In this document: positions 47,821 through 62,500 of the stretch, one piece after another
Numbering within the stretch: position 1 is the stretch's first letter
How the letters are laid out: every line of letters starts with the position of its first letter
Source: Macrostomum lignano
Taxonomy: Eukaryota
DNA: 64,000 nucleotides
Direction: 5' to 3'
Assembly (NCBI GenBank): GCA_002269645.1
Contig: NIVC01000436.1
Location: forward strand, 377,551-441,550
The notes under the pieces: generated by a model
Databases searched by the model: none
What the model saw: the letters and a program-made list of their open reading frames with translations, nothing else
What the model was told of the DNA's origin: nothing
Translations under genes and position numbers: made by a program

Positions 47821-50800
47821 CAACAGCAACAACGACAGCAGAAATCGTCGAGAGCCTCCAGCCGAAGGAGGCAGCATAGTGGACGAAGAGGCAACCCAGG
47901 AAGTTCCCGAAGGCTTGCCCCAGCTGATGGCGGTGAATCCGGCACCGGAATGATGGCGAGACTGCGGTAAGCGTAGCAACTACCTTCTCAACATGGCCGC
48001 ACCTAGCTATAGCTAATTTCTCACCCATAAGCAGCTTTTTGTTGAATAATTCACAGACTTTGGGCACCAAATTCTTTAGGGCTTGTATTGAGCTGTCAAT
48101 TATAATAGATTGCTTCCTGCGCTGGAGAAAAAGTGCAAGTTTCTTTTCTGCACTAGAAAACAACATTATACTGAGGTTTCTTAAATAATAACTCAATTTT
48201 CCTATAGACCTTCCAAAACTGAAGCGAAACCAAATTATCGACAGCGCTAATCAAGCCTGCAACCAGACATAAGCCTTAGCGAACCAGTTACAACTGCGTG
48301 AAAAAGCACTTGTTTTCGATTCTTTATTAGGAATCCTATTCGAAATTTGTGCTACTAAAGAATCTGTAAAAATCGTTCAAAGTAAAGAGAAAGTTTGTTG
48401 CTACAAATAAATAAATATAGGCTTCTATAAATAGAAGGTAATAAAAGGTAATAAAAGTCCAGAAGGTAATAAAACGTTTGTAAATTCAATGCTAGGGGGG
48501 CCGTAGCCCAGCGGTGGCGCAGCTGCTCTGGTGTGCCAGCGACCCAGACTCGATTCGAAGTGCAGTCACATTAATTTGGGGCTGAATTGGAATCTCGGCT
48601 TGGCTCTGCTCGTGCAATTAACGGCCTTGAGAGCCAACCCCCCAAGGCGCAGTGAAGTGTACATGCCTAACGATAAATAAAGTTAGGGCCGCTGTGCACT
48701 CCTGTGTGAGTGTGTGCCTGCGTACGTATCCGCGCGCTTGTATGCCTGCTCAGGGGAGTCGGCGGAATGGGCAGTAATGCCTCTCGCCGGTTGTGTGCCT
48801 ATGTCGCTTAAAGTGCGCCAGGGTGCACACAACCCCCTGCCTCTAATAAAAAAAAATTCAATGCTAGACTGAAGTAAGAGCGTACTGGTATTGACATCTC
48901 GCAAATACACTTTAAGGCATCGAATAAGGGTCTTTAATAGCATCTACTGTAGCTTTGATACCTCTTTCAAACAATAGAACTCATCTACACATCAGCAATG
49001 TTTCCCAACTTCAGCCGGCCAAGCCAGCTGGGATTTGTGGCCGATCATTCAGCAACGCCGTCGAAGTCGCTGATGCAATCGCTGCTGACTCTGTACGGCA
49101 TGGTCATACTGATGCTAGGCGTCGTGATCCCAATCAGCGACGCTCTGGCGAAGCCGGCGCAACATGCCGACTACAGGCAGGTGAGGAGCCTACTAATCAA
49201 GAATGCGCTCTTATTTCTATGCAAATTTATTTCATTTCTTGTCTTACGTAGACAGGCTTAAAAATTATTTTAGTCTGAAGTTTTGTCTAAAATTAATTAA
49301 GATTACAGCGTGTCATAAAGCCCTAGATTTATTATTTCAACAGAGAATTATTCGTTATCACTTGGGTGCTACCTCTCGGTTCGCTGAGCTCTTTTTCGGT
49401 AAGCATATTTTCGGTATTTTCCAGAAAAAAACTTCCCCTATGGAAATGAAGCATTTGGTCGTAGCGGATAAAATGTTCTTCAGTGCAGTGATTGACCCTG
49501 CGTGGCCTGGATTGACCCGTACAGCCAATGTGCTGCAGCAAATCCATGCTCTAGTACGGGTATTGGGCATGACGTACTGTCTGTGAATAACCATTCTTTA
49601 AATGTTTACAAGTACTATAGGAGTCTAGCTGTTTTAGGCTCTTATCTGAGCAAGGAAAAAGACGTGTGACTTTAGACTCAAGGGGTTTGCTTTCCTGCAA
49701 CAAGGAGCAAGCATGCACGGGGATACTTGGATAACACCTTGCGTGTTGTCAGATAAGCCATGCGAGTAGTGGATTAGAGTAATGCAATTTAAGACAAAAC
49801 TGCTACTCAATTCAGTTTGCTCCTTTTTATTTTCTTTAAATTGGTGCCTGAAATCGGATAGTTCATATTTACTATAGATAAGTTTGTGATTGCTATACTG
49901 TCGGACAAAATGTTTTAACAAAAATGCTCTAGTCTGGCCTGATATACAGCGACATTTTTCATGGTTCTGAATATCCATCCACCTATACTAAATCTCTAAG
50001 ATCTGTTTGTCTGTTTGTCTGTCTGTCCATCTGAAACGCTCTAGTAAATTATCTACGACTTCAAAATTATTTGCAGCAATTTCTAAGATATTTTTATCAT
50101 TAGACTCGTAAAACAGTCCTTACTAATGTACTTAAATCACGACCCATGAACTCTTTCACATAGAGAACAAATAAAGTAAAAGCCAACCTATTAGTAAGTA
50201 ACATGTAGCTCAGAACTCAATAAATATCCCAGTACCACCGACCCATTTTGTTCAGATGTTCTACATCTTTATGCACGGAATCGGAGCAGTGTCCATCATG
50301 TACCTGGACGCTCTGATCGCGTTTCACAAAAGCGACCCAAACTGCAGTGCCAGCCGGTCAGCAGTCAGCGGTCAGCCGCTGGCCACTGTGCCGGAGATTC
50401 GCTTCGAGGAAGCCTCTACCACACCGCCGGATTCGCCGAATGACGCAGCGAATGGCGCTTCGCAGCTAGAATTACTCACTACGGCTAACAACGTACCGAT
50501 GGGAGATAGGGGAGCAGTTTTCGAGAACGAAGACAAGGACAACGATGATGAGGAAGAGGAAGAGAAGGATGAAGCAAAAGCAGCGGACGATCGTCAAATC
50601 AGCAGGACGTTGGCGGAACCCGCTGAGATCGCGGAATCAGTAGCGGCCACGGAGGCTGCCGAGACGCGTCTGTATCTGAAGCCGCTGCCATTCTGCTCTG
50701 GCGGCAGCAATTCAGCTTCGGCAAACTCGATGGACTCGATGACCGGGACAGCGACTGGTGCAACCACCACTTACGGAGGAGGCGGCAATCGGGCTCAGAC

Positions 50801-53672
50801 GTCTTGTCGAGTCTTTTTCGACAGGGTCAGACGTCGCTTGAAAGTAGCGAAGTTAGCTATTCAGAGTAAAATAGGTTTGTTAGGGACTGCTTCTGGAATT
50901 TAAAAATCTCATGGGTTCTACTTATAACCAGTAGAGTTTTGTATCTTGTCATCCGTATGATCTACGGATAATTAATTTGCAGATAAAATCAAGAAAAAGC
51001 GAAACGGTAGACGAATTACATGGTCGGCAGCTGGAGTGAACATCTATCTGAGGCTGGGCTCCGTTAGTGAGTATGGGATAAAAATAAATACCTGTTCATC
51101 ATGCACAAGATTTAAATTCTTCAAGATATCAACAAAATCTAAACACGAACCGAACCGGCAGTATTTGGCTTCGGTGTGATGGTCCACGACGGCTTCAAAA
51201 TAGTCGACGTGCTGGAGAAACCCGACAGCGCACACTGCGCGGGACCCTGGTTCCTGCCTAAGCAAGTCATCCACTTGATCTTCATCGTGTGCCAGACCTA
51301 CTACCTGTTTAAACATCATAGGGTACGTAGGCATGGTGGATGCTGCTCGCTGCAATCTACGAGCTAGATGAATCATCTGTTGACCATTTCCTGTAAAAAA
51401 TCAGGTGACCATCAATACCCAGAAGCCATTGGTTCGATTCATACTGGTCCACCTGATGGTGACTAACCTGTGCATCTGGGGCAAAACGGTAATCTACGAG
51501 ATTAAGCTGAGCATTATGCATTTAGCGAACACGACTGAGCACCACAGCAATGGGACCGGGGCAAAGCAAACACACTCCAGGACTCTGAGCACTTATTTGA
51601 ACGCTACGTCGACAGGGCACTATCAGAATGGTTCAATAGGTAAAACAAAAAAATCAATTCTTATGTTCTAACCGTTTATGAATTTTGATAATCGCATCTC
51701 TTCCGCTTAACGCGCAGTTCATCCAGCCGCTCACTACTTATCTAAGTGCGACGGGCTTCAACTGCCAGAAGAGGACAGCCCGTCGCATAAGCTCGGTCCG
51801 TACCTGTACCCATGCGCAGTCGAATACGGCCTCATCTGCGCCGCGATCTGCTTCAAACTGTTCGCTCGAGTTGGCGATGTCGAAGTCGTTCCCTACGGTA
51901 GGAAAGAGTCGCCCCAAGGACCTCGGGCCACCACGTGTCACAAATCGCACAAGGGCCTGTTCCTAGGCCTCTTCATCATGATTTGCGTCCTGGTGCCGAC
52001 TATTAGTCTGATATTTCTGCAACGGGAAAACGAGCCTGGCAGGCACAGGGATCAGCACGCGCTAGCAGTGATTGCTGTCGAATGTCTCGTACTCGTCTGT
52101 ACATCCGGAATGGCCGTGCTAGGAACTGTAAAAGCAGTCCGAAAATTGAAGCTCTACAAGCTCCATGGCAGCGAAGCTTTTGATGTCAACTTGCTGTTTG
52201 TTGGACTGGCTGGTAAGATATGTCACAGTACTTTTAGATCCAGTTAATCCTTTTAATCCTTCTAGTTAATCCAGTTAATACGCATACGACAGCGATGTGA
52301 AGATTCAAGAGATTTAACGGATTCACGACTGAAACATCGGGGGTTCTACATACTTCGACCTACTCGGAACAATTTTTGGTCCTTGAGAAAGACACTTAAC
52401 TCTGCATTGCTTCAGTTCACCCAGCTGTAAAATGGGTGCCAGCATTAGCTGGGGTAATTGAGGGTGTGGCGACCCCCCACTCCTTGGACTGAACAGCCGT
52501 ACGCAGCCTTCAGATGCGCCACGCAATAGCTGTGGCTGAGCTGTCAGTAGCACATCTGGCCTAATTGGAGCACTTGTAATCAAATATTATTGTTATTATT
52601 ATTATTATCTGACTGATGACTTTTGGACAAAATGTATCGATTAAAAAATAGCATGTCAAAGCTGCTGAACTTTGCTTTCAAAAATATCAGATGCCATAGC
52701 CTATCATCGTAACTCAATCAGGAATCATCTGCTACAACCTGTTCGTCACCATCTCTGTCGGGGCATGCCTTCTCGACCCAGCGGCGGCCACTGTCGGCCC
52801 GACAGTGTCGATGACGCGGGAGCTTGGCTCCGGTATTGAGCACTGCCAGTGGGGCAGCCAGTTTCAATTCAATATTGCTCGACTTACCGGCTTGAAATCG
52901 TTTCTTGAAGTGACGCAATCGGTCGCGCAGACTCTGTTCATAATGCAGGTAAATACTTTACTCAAAGTTGATATATTTTACTCATGGTCCACTTCATAGC
53001 GAAAAGAGTTAAGAAGCACTGTCAATAGGTAGAAAGTTTTCCGTATTTTCCAGAATCAACTGCAAATACTGCACATTCAGAAATTGCAAATCACTATTAA
53101 AATAATCTGTTCTGTCCCAGGTTGATTCCTTCATTTCATTCACGAGGCTGTTTGGTAGTTTCACAAGTTAAAGTTTTTTTTCAAAACTATACAGGACACC
53201 GACGAATTTTTTTTGAAACGGGTCGTTTTGGCGGATTTTTTCTATGCCAAAACCTTATTTAACGATAACCAAGACAGCTCATCCTAAGGAATCCATTTTC
53301 AGGCGTTTAGCTGGTCTTCAATAATACTCCATACATTTACGTTCAAAGTCGGCTCCACCACCGGCTATTCACTAATTTTAGGCCATCCAACGCAAAGTGA
53401 CTCTACAGTTAGCTGAAGGTCTGAGCAAGCCGGGCCGGGGAACCACCATAGCCCTGCTTATCGCCAACTTGGCCATGTGGGTCGCGTCCGTGTTTGAGTC
53501 GCAGCGAGACATTGCGGATCAACTTCTGCTTAACTATTTCGGCTCAATGCCGTGGAACATTATCAAATACATATTTCTGCCGCTAATTATATTCTATAGA
53601 TTTCATTCTACAGTTTGCTTGTCGGAGATCTGGATACAGAGCTACAAATTGCCCAAGACGTCGCATCGCTAG
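47740..53672 (+). CDS. OTOP: Otopetrin-family proton-selective channel
   Basis: Exons approx. 47740-47966, 49015-49180, 50256-~50875 (donor uncertain), 50983-51066, 51162-51322, 51405-51639, 51718-52212, 52722-52948, 53382-53672. Family motifs NIYLRLGSVIFG, RFILVHLMVTNLCIW, YLYPCAVEYGLIC, HKGLFLG, KPGR...N..MW and FYRFHSTVCLSEIW. Confidence 0.92.
48495..48680 (+). mobile_element. Possible second tRNA-derived SINE fragment (otopetrin intron 1)
   Basis: GGGGCCGTAGCCCAGCGGTGG (A-box-like head) ... GACTCGATTCG (B-box-like), ending in an A-rich ATAAATAAA. Only one copy in the window. Confidence 0.4.
52321..52607 (+). mobile_element. CORE-type SINE, copy 2 (5'-truncated, ATT-repeat tail)
   Basis: Closely similar to 4634-4868 over about 230 bp; ends in ATTATTGTTATTATTATTAT. 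Confidence 0.78.
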
Positions 53673-54531
53673 CTGCTGGTTTCTGCTAACATTATAGCCA
53701 CCAATTTATTTCGTATTGTGCTTTTAATTTCATCTCGATGCATTGCAACTACATGTACGGGTATATCTGATTGTAGAGTTCAACAAGTCGAAGACTTTTT
53801 GGCTTGTGTTTTTTAATTTATACGTAACTGCAAACCCCAATGGACAATCAGAAAAGGAATGCAAGTTTATACTACTAGCCTTTGTAATTATATACGAATA
53901 CTGTTTTAAACCATCGTGCTATTATGTATTTTACTTATTAATGAAATTAAAGCTGTTGAAAAACCTGGATGATAATTACATTAGGTCAATTAAGTCAATA
54001 AGCTTAAACTCGACAATTTAAAATTGACTCGAAAATGAGATTCGTTGATTTAAGGATTGCGCGTCTACTACTGCATGTCCATACGAGTGTATCATTGAAA
54101 AACATACTTGAAACTTGTATTGCATTCCCTATCAAGCACCATTAATGCAAAAGTACAAAGTTTTTTGTTGGCAAAAATGATTATGCATTTTGGTTCCTGT
54201 AATACGCTCGTAGTTGCTCTTAATCAATAAAGATGCAAATAATTAGAATTTTATGCCTGAAAGATTTTATTCATGTTTCTTCCTATCTCAATGACTTTTT
54301 AACTTTCTTGTTTTGAACTCCAGCGGGTGCAGAAATTGTAGGATACTCTTCAACGTAAGAGCTACGGAGCACTTGCAACGTTAGATTGTAACTTTTAACT
54401 CTTGAATTTATCAATTTACTAAACATCGACTGATTCTGAACTTAAGTGAAGCCGAATCAGATACAAAAGAATCTATTAAACTTGAAAATTGTCGCCAAAA
54501 AAAGATAGTGAATAGCTTAGTGGCATTATTT

Positions 54532-57500
54532 TCACAACACTTCGCAGTTGCAGCAGCAGCTTTGCGGATAGTTCTCGCAGTACACGGCCCTGTTGTTCAC
54601 TCCGTAGACGAAGAATTGAAATGGTTTCCTACGCCAAACAACGTCGCATTGGAACACGGGCACGCCACGGATCGAGTGACTCTGCAACAGGATGCGACCG
54701 GACTGACCCATGATTTGGTGATCGCGGATATAGCAGGAGGACATCATGTTTACATCTAGATCTGGGAAGGACTGAATAGGTCTTAGCTGCGGCTGAGTGT
54801 CCTCAAACAGGACCTGCTCAACAGAAGGGGTTGATTATTCATCGGTAAATATGCCAACCAAATGCAATGATACACAAAATCACGCAAGCTTTGAAAAAAA
54901 TACAATTACAGCTCTTAAATTTGATATCCCACAAAAAGAGCTCAAAGGGTTACAAACAAGTCGTCCCAAGACTTCTCGTCCGGGTCACTTTGTCTGATTG
55001 GTACTACTTCTAGGTCGTTTCGTTCAAGAGCCAAGAAACTACGAGCGTATACCCAAAAGGTAGATACAATACAGTCAATACTTCGTCCGATTTCGTTGTT
55101 TCTCATTTGTCTCGGGCGAAACACCCGTCAATCTAAGAGTTTTTTATAGAAATTTAGACTTTTGTTTACTGTAATGTAATGCACCCATAACGTGAAACCC
55201 CCAGTCATACATCAAAACTCCACTTGCGGTCCTATATTTAAGCTTTAAAGTTGAGCGATTTGTATTGAATTATGCGTTGATGCACTGACGAAATAAATTT
55301 CTTACGCAAACGAACTGACTTGGGAGAAAAGTCAGGACGAGATGTCCTGTTCCCTGAACAAACAAGACTATTATCCAACTTACGGTGCCCTCGACGTCGC
55401 AAATCAGATGATCGGGTAGAGGCGTTCGCTCAATGATGAACTCCTTCGCGTGGGTCTCAAATTTAGTTGTCAATCGAACGAAGTACTTCACTTGGCCCGC
55501 AGCTTTGCAGGTGGCGCAGGGTACGTTGCCGCGGCCGGAACAAATCTTGCAAAGGATCGCGTTCGAGCCGCTGCAGCCGATGCACTTTTGATTTGAGTCT
55601 CTGAAGCCCACATTGGTGTCACTGCAATGAGAGCATCTGACCTGACCCCAACCCATGCATTTGCAGCACTTGATAATTGCCGTGCCATTGCAGCCGTGAC
55701 AGATTTTAACAGACGCCGTGTGCGGTACTTCCGTCTCGACGATGGTATCTTGAAACATGTTCGGCTGCGGGACCTATGCAAAGTCACAAAGACGTTTTTA
55801 AAAAACCTTAAGGAGCAAATAGTAAACATTTTGTCCAGGAATGGGAATGGGGACAATACAATACGTCATTTGATCTATTTTATTACGCATTACGTTTTCG
55901 TGCTTAGTTTTTCAGTGCACTTGTCGCATACATGAGTGGTGAATTTAGTGAGCTCGTTCAACATTGTAAAGCTGCACTTGCTATTCGGTTTACAAGAATT
56001 TGTCCCCCAGGGTTCCAGGATTCGGATTCTGAAGCTCCCAGAATTCTAGACTATGAAGGTGCATCATTAGACACGGAAATTAGGAAATAGACACTAGATG
56101 CTGCATCTTTCTTGCTATTGTTTACATTGGCTCATCTTTCGAAAGGTCTTCGATTCTGCTCCATGATATGCGCGTAAAATGGGGCCGCAGTCCTGAGGGG
56201 AGCCAAAACATGTATTTGGTATCTGCCTGGTCGGCGCCCCCATCTTTGTCTCTTATGCTGGTGATGCCACGTCCAAGAGGTGGAGAAATTTGAGGATACC
56301 TAAAATCAGCGTAGGTTCAATGAAACGACACCTTTCGCATTACAGTGTGCATCTTCAGGTTTATTTGAACTAACGAGTAGATCGCGAGCGAATAAATATG
56401 ATATTTATGTTAATTTAATCAATAAATTATGTACATCTACACAATCGAAAGACAAGATCTAGGGACGGGCGCTTTGCGTTGAAGCCAACTGCTCTGAATG
56501 TGCCGCCAGTGCCCCTTTTAAGAACATACTTGTTAGTTCAAAAAACCTGAACATGCGTATTTTGTAGTGCGAAACGCGTCGTACGACTTGCCAAGACGAC
56601 TAACCTTACCGGGAAATTTGAGCCCTTGTCATTCGTTGAGCTTGTTGACCTTTCTATTTTTTTGAGAAGCAAAATTATTTAGGGCGATTTAAGAGGCCAT
56701 GCATTCCCCTCTGTCTACGCCACTGCCATGTAACTCTTTTTAAGCCACAACAAAGGTATGTAAGGAGCAGTTGGACACTGGTTAAAAACACTCTAGATTG
56801 AAGACTGTTCACTCTAAGTAAAGAATCTGACCTGAATTCGCCATGGATATGGAGCCTGCCCGTTCATTGATCCATCAATAACCTGGCCTCGGTACGGCTC
56901 AAATGCCCAATTAGTCGATCGCTTCTCAATAAACGTTTTCAACTGGTAGTGAACTGCTGTGGTTTGAAGTAAATTTCTAAATTCCATTTTAAGCGCAGCG
57001 TTGGTGCCCCAGCAGCACATTGACTTGGCTTGCTGGTACAGCAGGTCCCGGGCTTCTTCTTCAGTAAGCTTGGCGCTTGGCGCGATAGTCTGCGGGGAAG
57101 CGACCGGGCTCGAGCTTCGAGGGCGCGGTGGCGGCGGTATGGAGGTCACGTTCGGCAGCAGGATCTTATCGTAGCCTGAAAGGATTTTTTGTGCAATTCT
57201 CTTTTTGTCCCAAAGCAACGAATGCTTTCCCGATAAAACTAAAATCACAACAGAATAACACATTCCAATTGTGTTGCCAAAGTGCCCCTGGGTTTGATTC
57301 CCCTGCGAATATTTGGACTTCCAAATTCCATTTTGTACTTGGCCCTGAGTGAGAGGCTTGACTTCATCTGACTTAGCCGCAAGGCTGTCCCAGAGGGGAC
57401 ACAGCGGGAAGGCCATTCCGCTAATCCCTGAACGGTCGACACGTTGCTATGAACGAAGGGTTGGCGCAGTGGGAATGTGTTTAAAAAGGCTAGGAATGGT

Positions 57501-58277
57501 GGGCACTGTCTGGCGATGTGATGATATTCACTGCGGATGTACATTCTGTGTGTGTTGCTTCGTCAGTGGGCAAGGTTCAGGGAAATAGGTATTCTTAATT
57601 ACTTCGAGTAGTCTCATAAGCTAGTTGTATCAGTCGACTGCTGACTGTTACGGACAAGGTTAATAAGTTCCGTTTCCTGGAACATCCAATCGACCAATTT
57701 GCTAACCCGCAATCTTCTCCATTTTTGCCAGCGGCACCGCTGCTGGAGCCTCCTCAGCTTCCCGCTGTTGCTGCGTCTTGCCGTTGTCTTTGGGGATCTG
57801 GCCGACAGCCCCAACTAACCGGTGACCAAAGCTTGGCGAGGCCAGTAGAGCTCCCGGTCTAGCAGGTTGTTGCTGGGGAGACCTTCCGGTCGGCGTGGGA
57901 CTGAATGAAGTTTGCAGAACGGCTCCCTGCTGCTGAGATGACGCTCGTCCAACTGGATTTCCAGTGGGCTCAGCTCGTCCCAGACTCGCACTGGTTAATG
58001 TTGAGCCCGATGTAGTTCCGGAGAGTCTTTGTTGCCCTGCTGCCCGCTGCTGCGAGCCTGCGATTGTAGTTTGGCTGAGGCCGACGGGACTTTGTTGGTC
58101 CGATTTCGATGAATCTGAGGTGACTGCATCTCCAAAAACTTGTTGCTGAGATAAGCCTTGCTGCTGCGGTGTATCTCTGTTCCCCATGGTCGACCGCACA
58201 TTGATCTGCTGGCTCTGGTCATCGCTTTTGAGAGCTGGAGGAAGGCCCTGTGGCCCTCGTTTATTCCCGTGGTTCAT
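54532..58277 (-). CDS. SSUH2: SSUH2-like protein (DnaJ-type CxxCxGxG Cys-rich repeats), ~528 aa
   Basis: Exons 58277-57707, 57175-56832, 55773-55384, 54813-54532 join in frame (1587 nt). Motifs LTEEEAR...CCWG, VPHTASVKICHGCNG, multiple CxxCxG repeats, C-terminal YPQSCCCNCEVL. Confidence 0.87.
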
Positions 58278-58703
58278 GCTGCATCGATTGAGGCTTGAAT
58301 TCCCTTACATTTTGCATCACAAAGTCAGATCTTGTTTGTTTTAATTTCCCGAATATACCGAATCATTTTCTTTTTTACTTCCTATATGTGGCAGAAGAAT
58401 CTATGGCACAAAATCATCACTTAGAGCAATAGGATCCGGCATTCTAAAAATACTGATATTACCTTTATTGGTTTCATAATATTGCATACCGCTAGATAAA
58501 CCATGATTTGTTTTAGAATTAGAAGTCGTTGAATGAAAACGGTGTTTTTACGGACAGCAAAGACAGAAAGAAAGACTGGACTCCTGTACTCCTAGGTAAA
58601 CAAAATGAGTTTAAGTGAAAGAAGTACTGTAAGTTGTCAGCGCTTTTTGGAAATTTTTGGAAATCAAGAAAAAGTTACCCTTCTAGTTGCTCAGTTAATG
58701 ATC

Positions 58704-59400
58704 TCAAAGCAGCTGGCAGCCACAGCAGCAGGTCTGTGGGTACTCATCAGTGTGCACCTTCCTGTTGCCTACGTACACGAAGAACTGAAACTCTTTGTCT
58801 TCCCACTGGCAGTCGCACTGGAACACTGGCACTCCGCGAATCACGTGATTCTGCATCCAGATCCGACCGGTCTGGGCCAGCCCGCGGTGTTCCTGGACGA
58901 TTCCAGCCGATTGGCTGTTGACCTGCGGCTCCGGAAACGACTGGATCGGGTTCAGCAACGGCTGAGTGTCCTCGAACAGAGTCTGGTGAGGCAGGTTTCA
59001 GATACCCAATTGTAAAATTTACAAATTCGTCACTATTTGTATTTCTGAATTTCTGAATTTTAACAAATTAAAAACTTTTCTACCTCTTTCGAATGTACAG
59101 AGGCATTTAGTTACAATGAATTGTTTTGGAAAGGCAATTTAGATTCTTTTTCGTCTAAAGAGTGGTGGTAGCCGTGAATTTTAGAAAACTTGTCTAACAA
59201 ATAATATATAAAACACGAGCAAAATTTACGAAGTATATATAGAGCATAGGTGCGTAAATTTCTAGCGTAATATAAAGGTAAATACTAATTCTTTTTAACG
59301 CCAATGCAGTTTTAAGACTTATATGGAGTGGTTAATACGAGTACCAAAGGTTTTTGGTAAATTGGTTGTTCGCTATTTATCGAAACACTCACCGTACCCT
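58704..59400 (-). pseudogene. Orphan 3' end of an SSUH2 paralog: intact last exon (58982-58704), intron, and only 8 nt of the penultimate exon
   Basis: The last exon is open (TLFEDTQP...YPQTCCCGCQLL*). Similarity to 63725-63770 stops at 59400, right after the AGGGTACG|GTGAGT donor. Confidence 0.75.
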
Positions 59401-59548
59401 GTATTTATTTGTCTCCGAGGGGCTAAATCTCTCTCAAATTTCTGCATTTATGGCTATAAAAATATATACAACCCTCAAATTTATACGTCAAACTAAAAGA
59501 TTGGGGGATTCCGGGCCTACAACCCGGAAACCTGCTATATACTCGTAG

Positions 59549-62500
59549 ATGTAGATGTAGATGAGAAGCCTCCATATTCTTCGCCATAGCCAAGTTATAT
59601 CATGGAGAAGATCACTGCTCGATTGATTATTTGCTCAGCTCCTCAAGTTAAACCTACCAGCGTATTTGATTTGAATTGCCTAACGATACAAAATGTCAGA
59701 CGAAAGACGCATCAATCAATCAATCTGGTGTAGAAGAACAGCAATTGATGGAACGGACAGGCCACCGGAGTCTGATTGGAGTCCGCACGTACAAGCGGAC
59801 ACTCATCGTCAGCTTTTCTTGACTCCAAAATGCTACGCAAGGCGGAAAAAGACTTGATCAGCCGACGACCTCGATGTGCATCAACTGAATTTTAACTTTA
59901 ATAACTGCTCTGTCGTTATAACAATTGATTTTAAGTACACTACATAGTGACTCCCTTATAGTGTGACTGAAACAAACTAAATTGTTGACTATGTGTCGTC
60001 CCCAAAGTCGTGTTACATGTTCATGCGTTTCGGGTTTAAAAAATTTGTGTTTGTTGTCAAGAATGCATAAAATACAACCCGGAAAATTGAAAATCTTAAC
60101 TCTGTGTTTTATGTCTACGGCAAAAATACATCCGGGATTCAACTTCTACATATATGACGAAAAGCAATACCTGTGTGATGGGTGTGCTTAGGAGTTTATG
60201 TGCTACTCAGAGATTATTAAATTGGGTATTTGCACCTAGTTCTCATGCCTCTTTTGGGGACTGAGAGATGTTTTCAGTCCTCCTGCAAGCACAAACATTT
60301 CTTTGAAGTTGTTGTCTCTCTGGAAAAGCACGAGACTGGGAAAGAGGCACCAGAATTTCAGTTTCTGTAGGTTTGGTTTGGTGTTGTATGTAACGTGCTT
60401 GATGGGTTCGGCCTTTTTAAGCCTATAGCTTCGGGCCTCAGAATTCAGAAATGAATCACTTAGAACTCTGGCCTCTCACTCCTGTCAGATGGTCAGCCCC
60501 ATGGTAGCTAGATTGTGGGCGAACAGCAAGGTCCTATAGCTAGGAGGAGACAGCGAGAGACAAGCAGGGAGGATTTGAAAGGTAGAGATCAGCTAATCCG
60601 CAGATTAAATAACCCGCTGCCACCAGTCCGTGCGCCCCGGCTCACCAAACCGGAGCTATCGAAATCGGACTTCCGACTAGAGGGGCACTGCACTTACCTG
60701 CCTTCTAGTGTCTTTTAGCTGTCTAAATCTCGAAGTCATAGCCGAATAGAAGGGACGCTGCTGGGACTAAAGATCGCATTGGCCATGCAGGGACAGAGAG
60801 GACTTCTGCAGGGGGTTCTTGCGCTGGCGAGCCTCTATACACTACTAAAAGTACTATTTCATTACCAAATTCCCAGAAGTACATGTAAAAGTACACGTAA
60901 CTGCACGCTTGTGGCACTAAATGTGTTAACACGTCGACAGATAGCGATGATGTAGCTGCATTGTCACTTTCGGAGATCGTTAGACTAATATTTAACTTAC
61001 TTTAGCCGCTTAGCTGCCTGAGACCGCGCGAAAGCGCCAGTCTGGCAGTTAACTCGCATGCTTAACATTATGATTTCTGAGATCGACTGATTGACTGGGA
61101 ACTGCGCCGCTTCCGGTCCACTCTAGATCTAACCGCTTATCTCAGCTGGCATTGCGAAGAAAGAAAGAAAACGCTAAGTCTTTAATTTCCAGATTTAACT
61201 TTCTCACTTAATCCGCAATCCTTGAAACTTTTGACTGAGTTAGAGCGAATGGCTACTTTTAATATTAACTGACACTTCTGCCTCGAGATTGGCACACAAT
61301 TTAAGCAAGTAAGCAAAAGCGCAAATCCTATCGGACTACCTAGGAAGGGGTCAATCAAAGGGCGCACCCAGTTAAGCAGGTCAAGAAAGCCTCTTACCAA
61401 ACCAATCAGAGGACCTATCTGCCGGTAGCCAAGGAATCCACAGAGACCGAAGCGCTCAGACGGGATGCTGCTGCCGATCTTAACTGATGCTCTTAGATCA
61501 CTGCCGGGAGATATTGATGATGCTTCTCAGGGGGAACTTAGCTGTTGAAGCCGAAACTGCCAGGGGAAGGGGGATCAGGTCGGCAGGACCGCAGGGAGAA
61601 GAGCCTGAAGGCAGTATCAAGCCAAGTCCCCTTGGCAAGGACAACAACCGGGGTTCTCGAGCGCGGTTCGAGTTGCCGCCTTTTATAGCTCTCACGCGGC
61701 CGATTTTGTTATAACGCACGCCGAATTTTCCGATTGGCTGAGAGCTTTTGTTAAAATAGGCGCCGAATTTTCTGATTGGTCGAGCCGGGGGCAGTCAGGT
61801 CGACTCTGATTGGCTGAGCTCAAGACTCCAAAACCCACCCCACCAGGTGGCCTTCAGACCCCAGGGAAGATGACAGGTGCGGTTATAAATCATGCGCAAA
61901 AAATTATAAAAGCCACTTGTCTAGACATCCTGGCGCCAAGTGACAGCAAAACACCCATAAATCAAAGGAGAAAGTTACAGAGCGAGTGGGGAGGAAGCTG
62001 GAAAGACCTCTTTGACCCAGACAGGCTGGAGCCAAAAGTGACAGCTAGACCGCCATAAATCACTGAAAACAGTGAAAAAGCCGCAAATCTGGGGGTCAGA
62101 ATGGGGTTGAAACTTAACCATTCCTCCCAGACTTAGTGTCGCCCGTCTAGACTGCTAGAGGTCAATCCGTCTCAAACCCAGACAGTCGGACCTTCAAAGG
62201 TGCGTAAACAATCCAAAATTAGAATCCTAAGAGAAGTACATTGAGTTTTTATTATAATTAATAGTGATGGCATAAATTAGTGTAGAACTTAGCCTGGATG
62301 AGAGAATGGAGAGAGATTCCTAAGCTAGCCTACTGACAGTAGGGGAAAAGCGCATCGAAGCGAAATGTGCGGTTTTAAGATTGAAAAAAGATGCGTCCTC
62401 ATCATGCTTTTGAAATAATGTTTATTATGTTTAAGTGCTCATGTAATATTAGCTTAAAAATGTGACTTTTGATTAATTATCATTCGCAAAAATTATAAGC

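Noticed and set aside
59840-60720. Possible fossil viral or TE reading frame
   Set aside because: Stop density in the longest frame is about random, and no recognisable motif was found.
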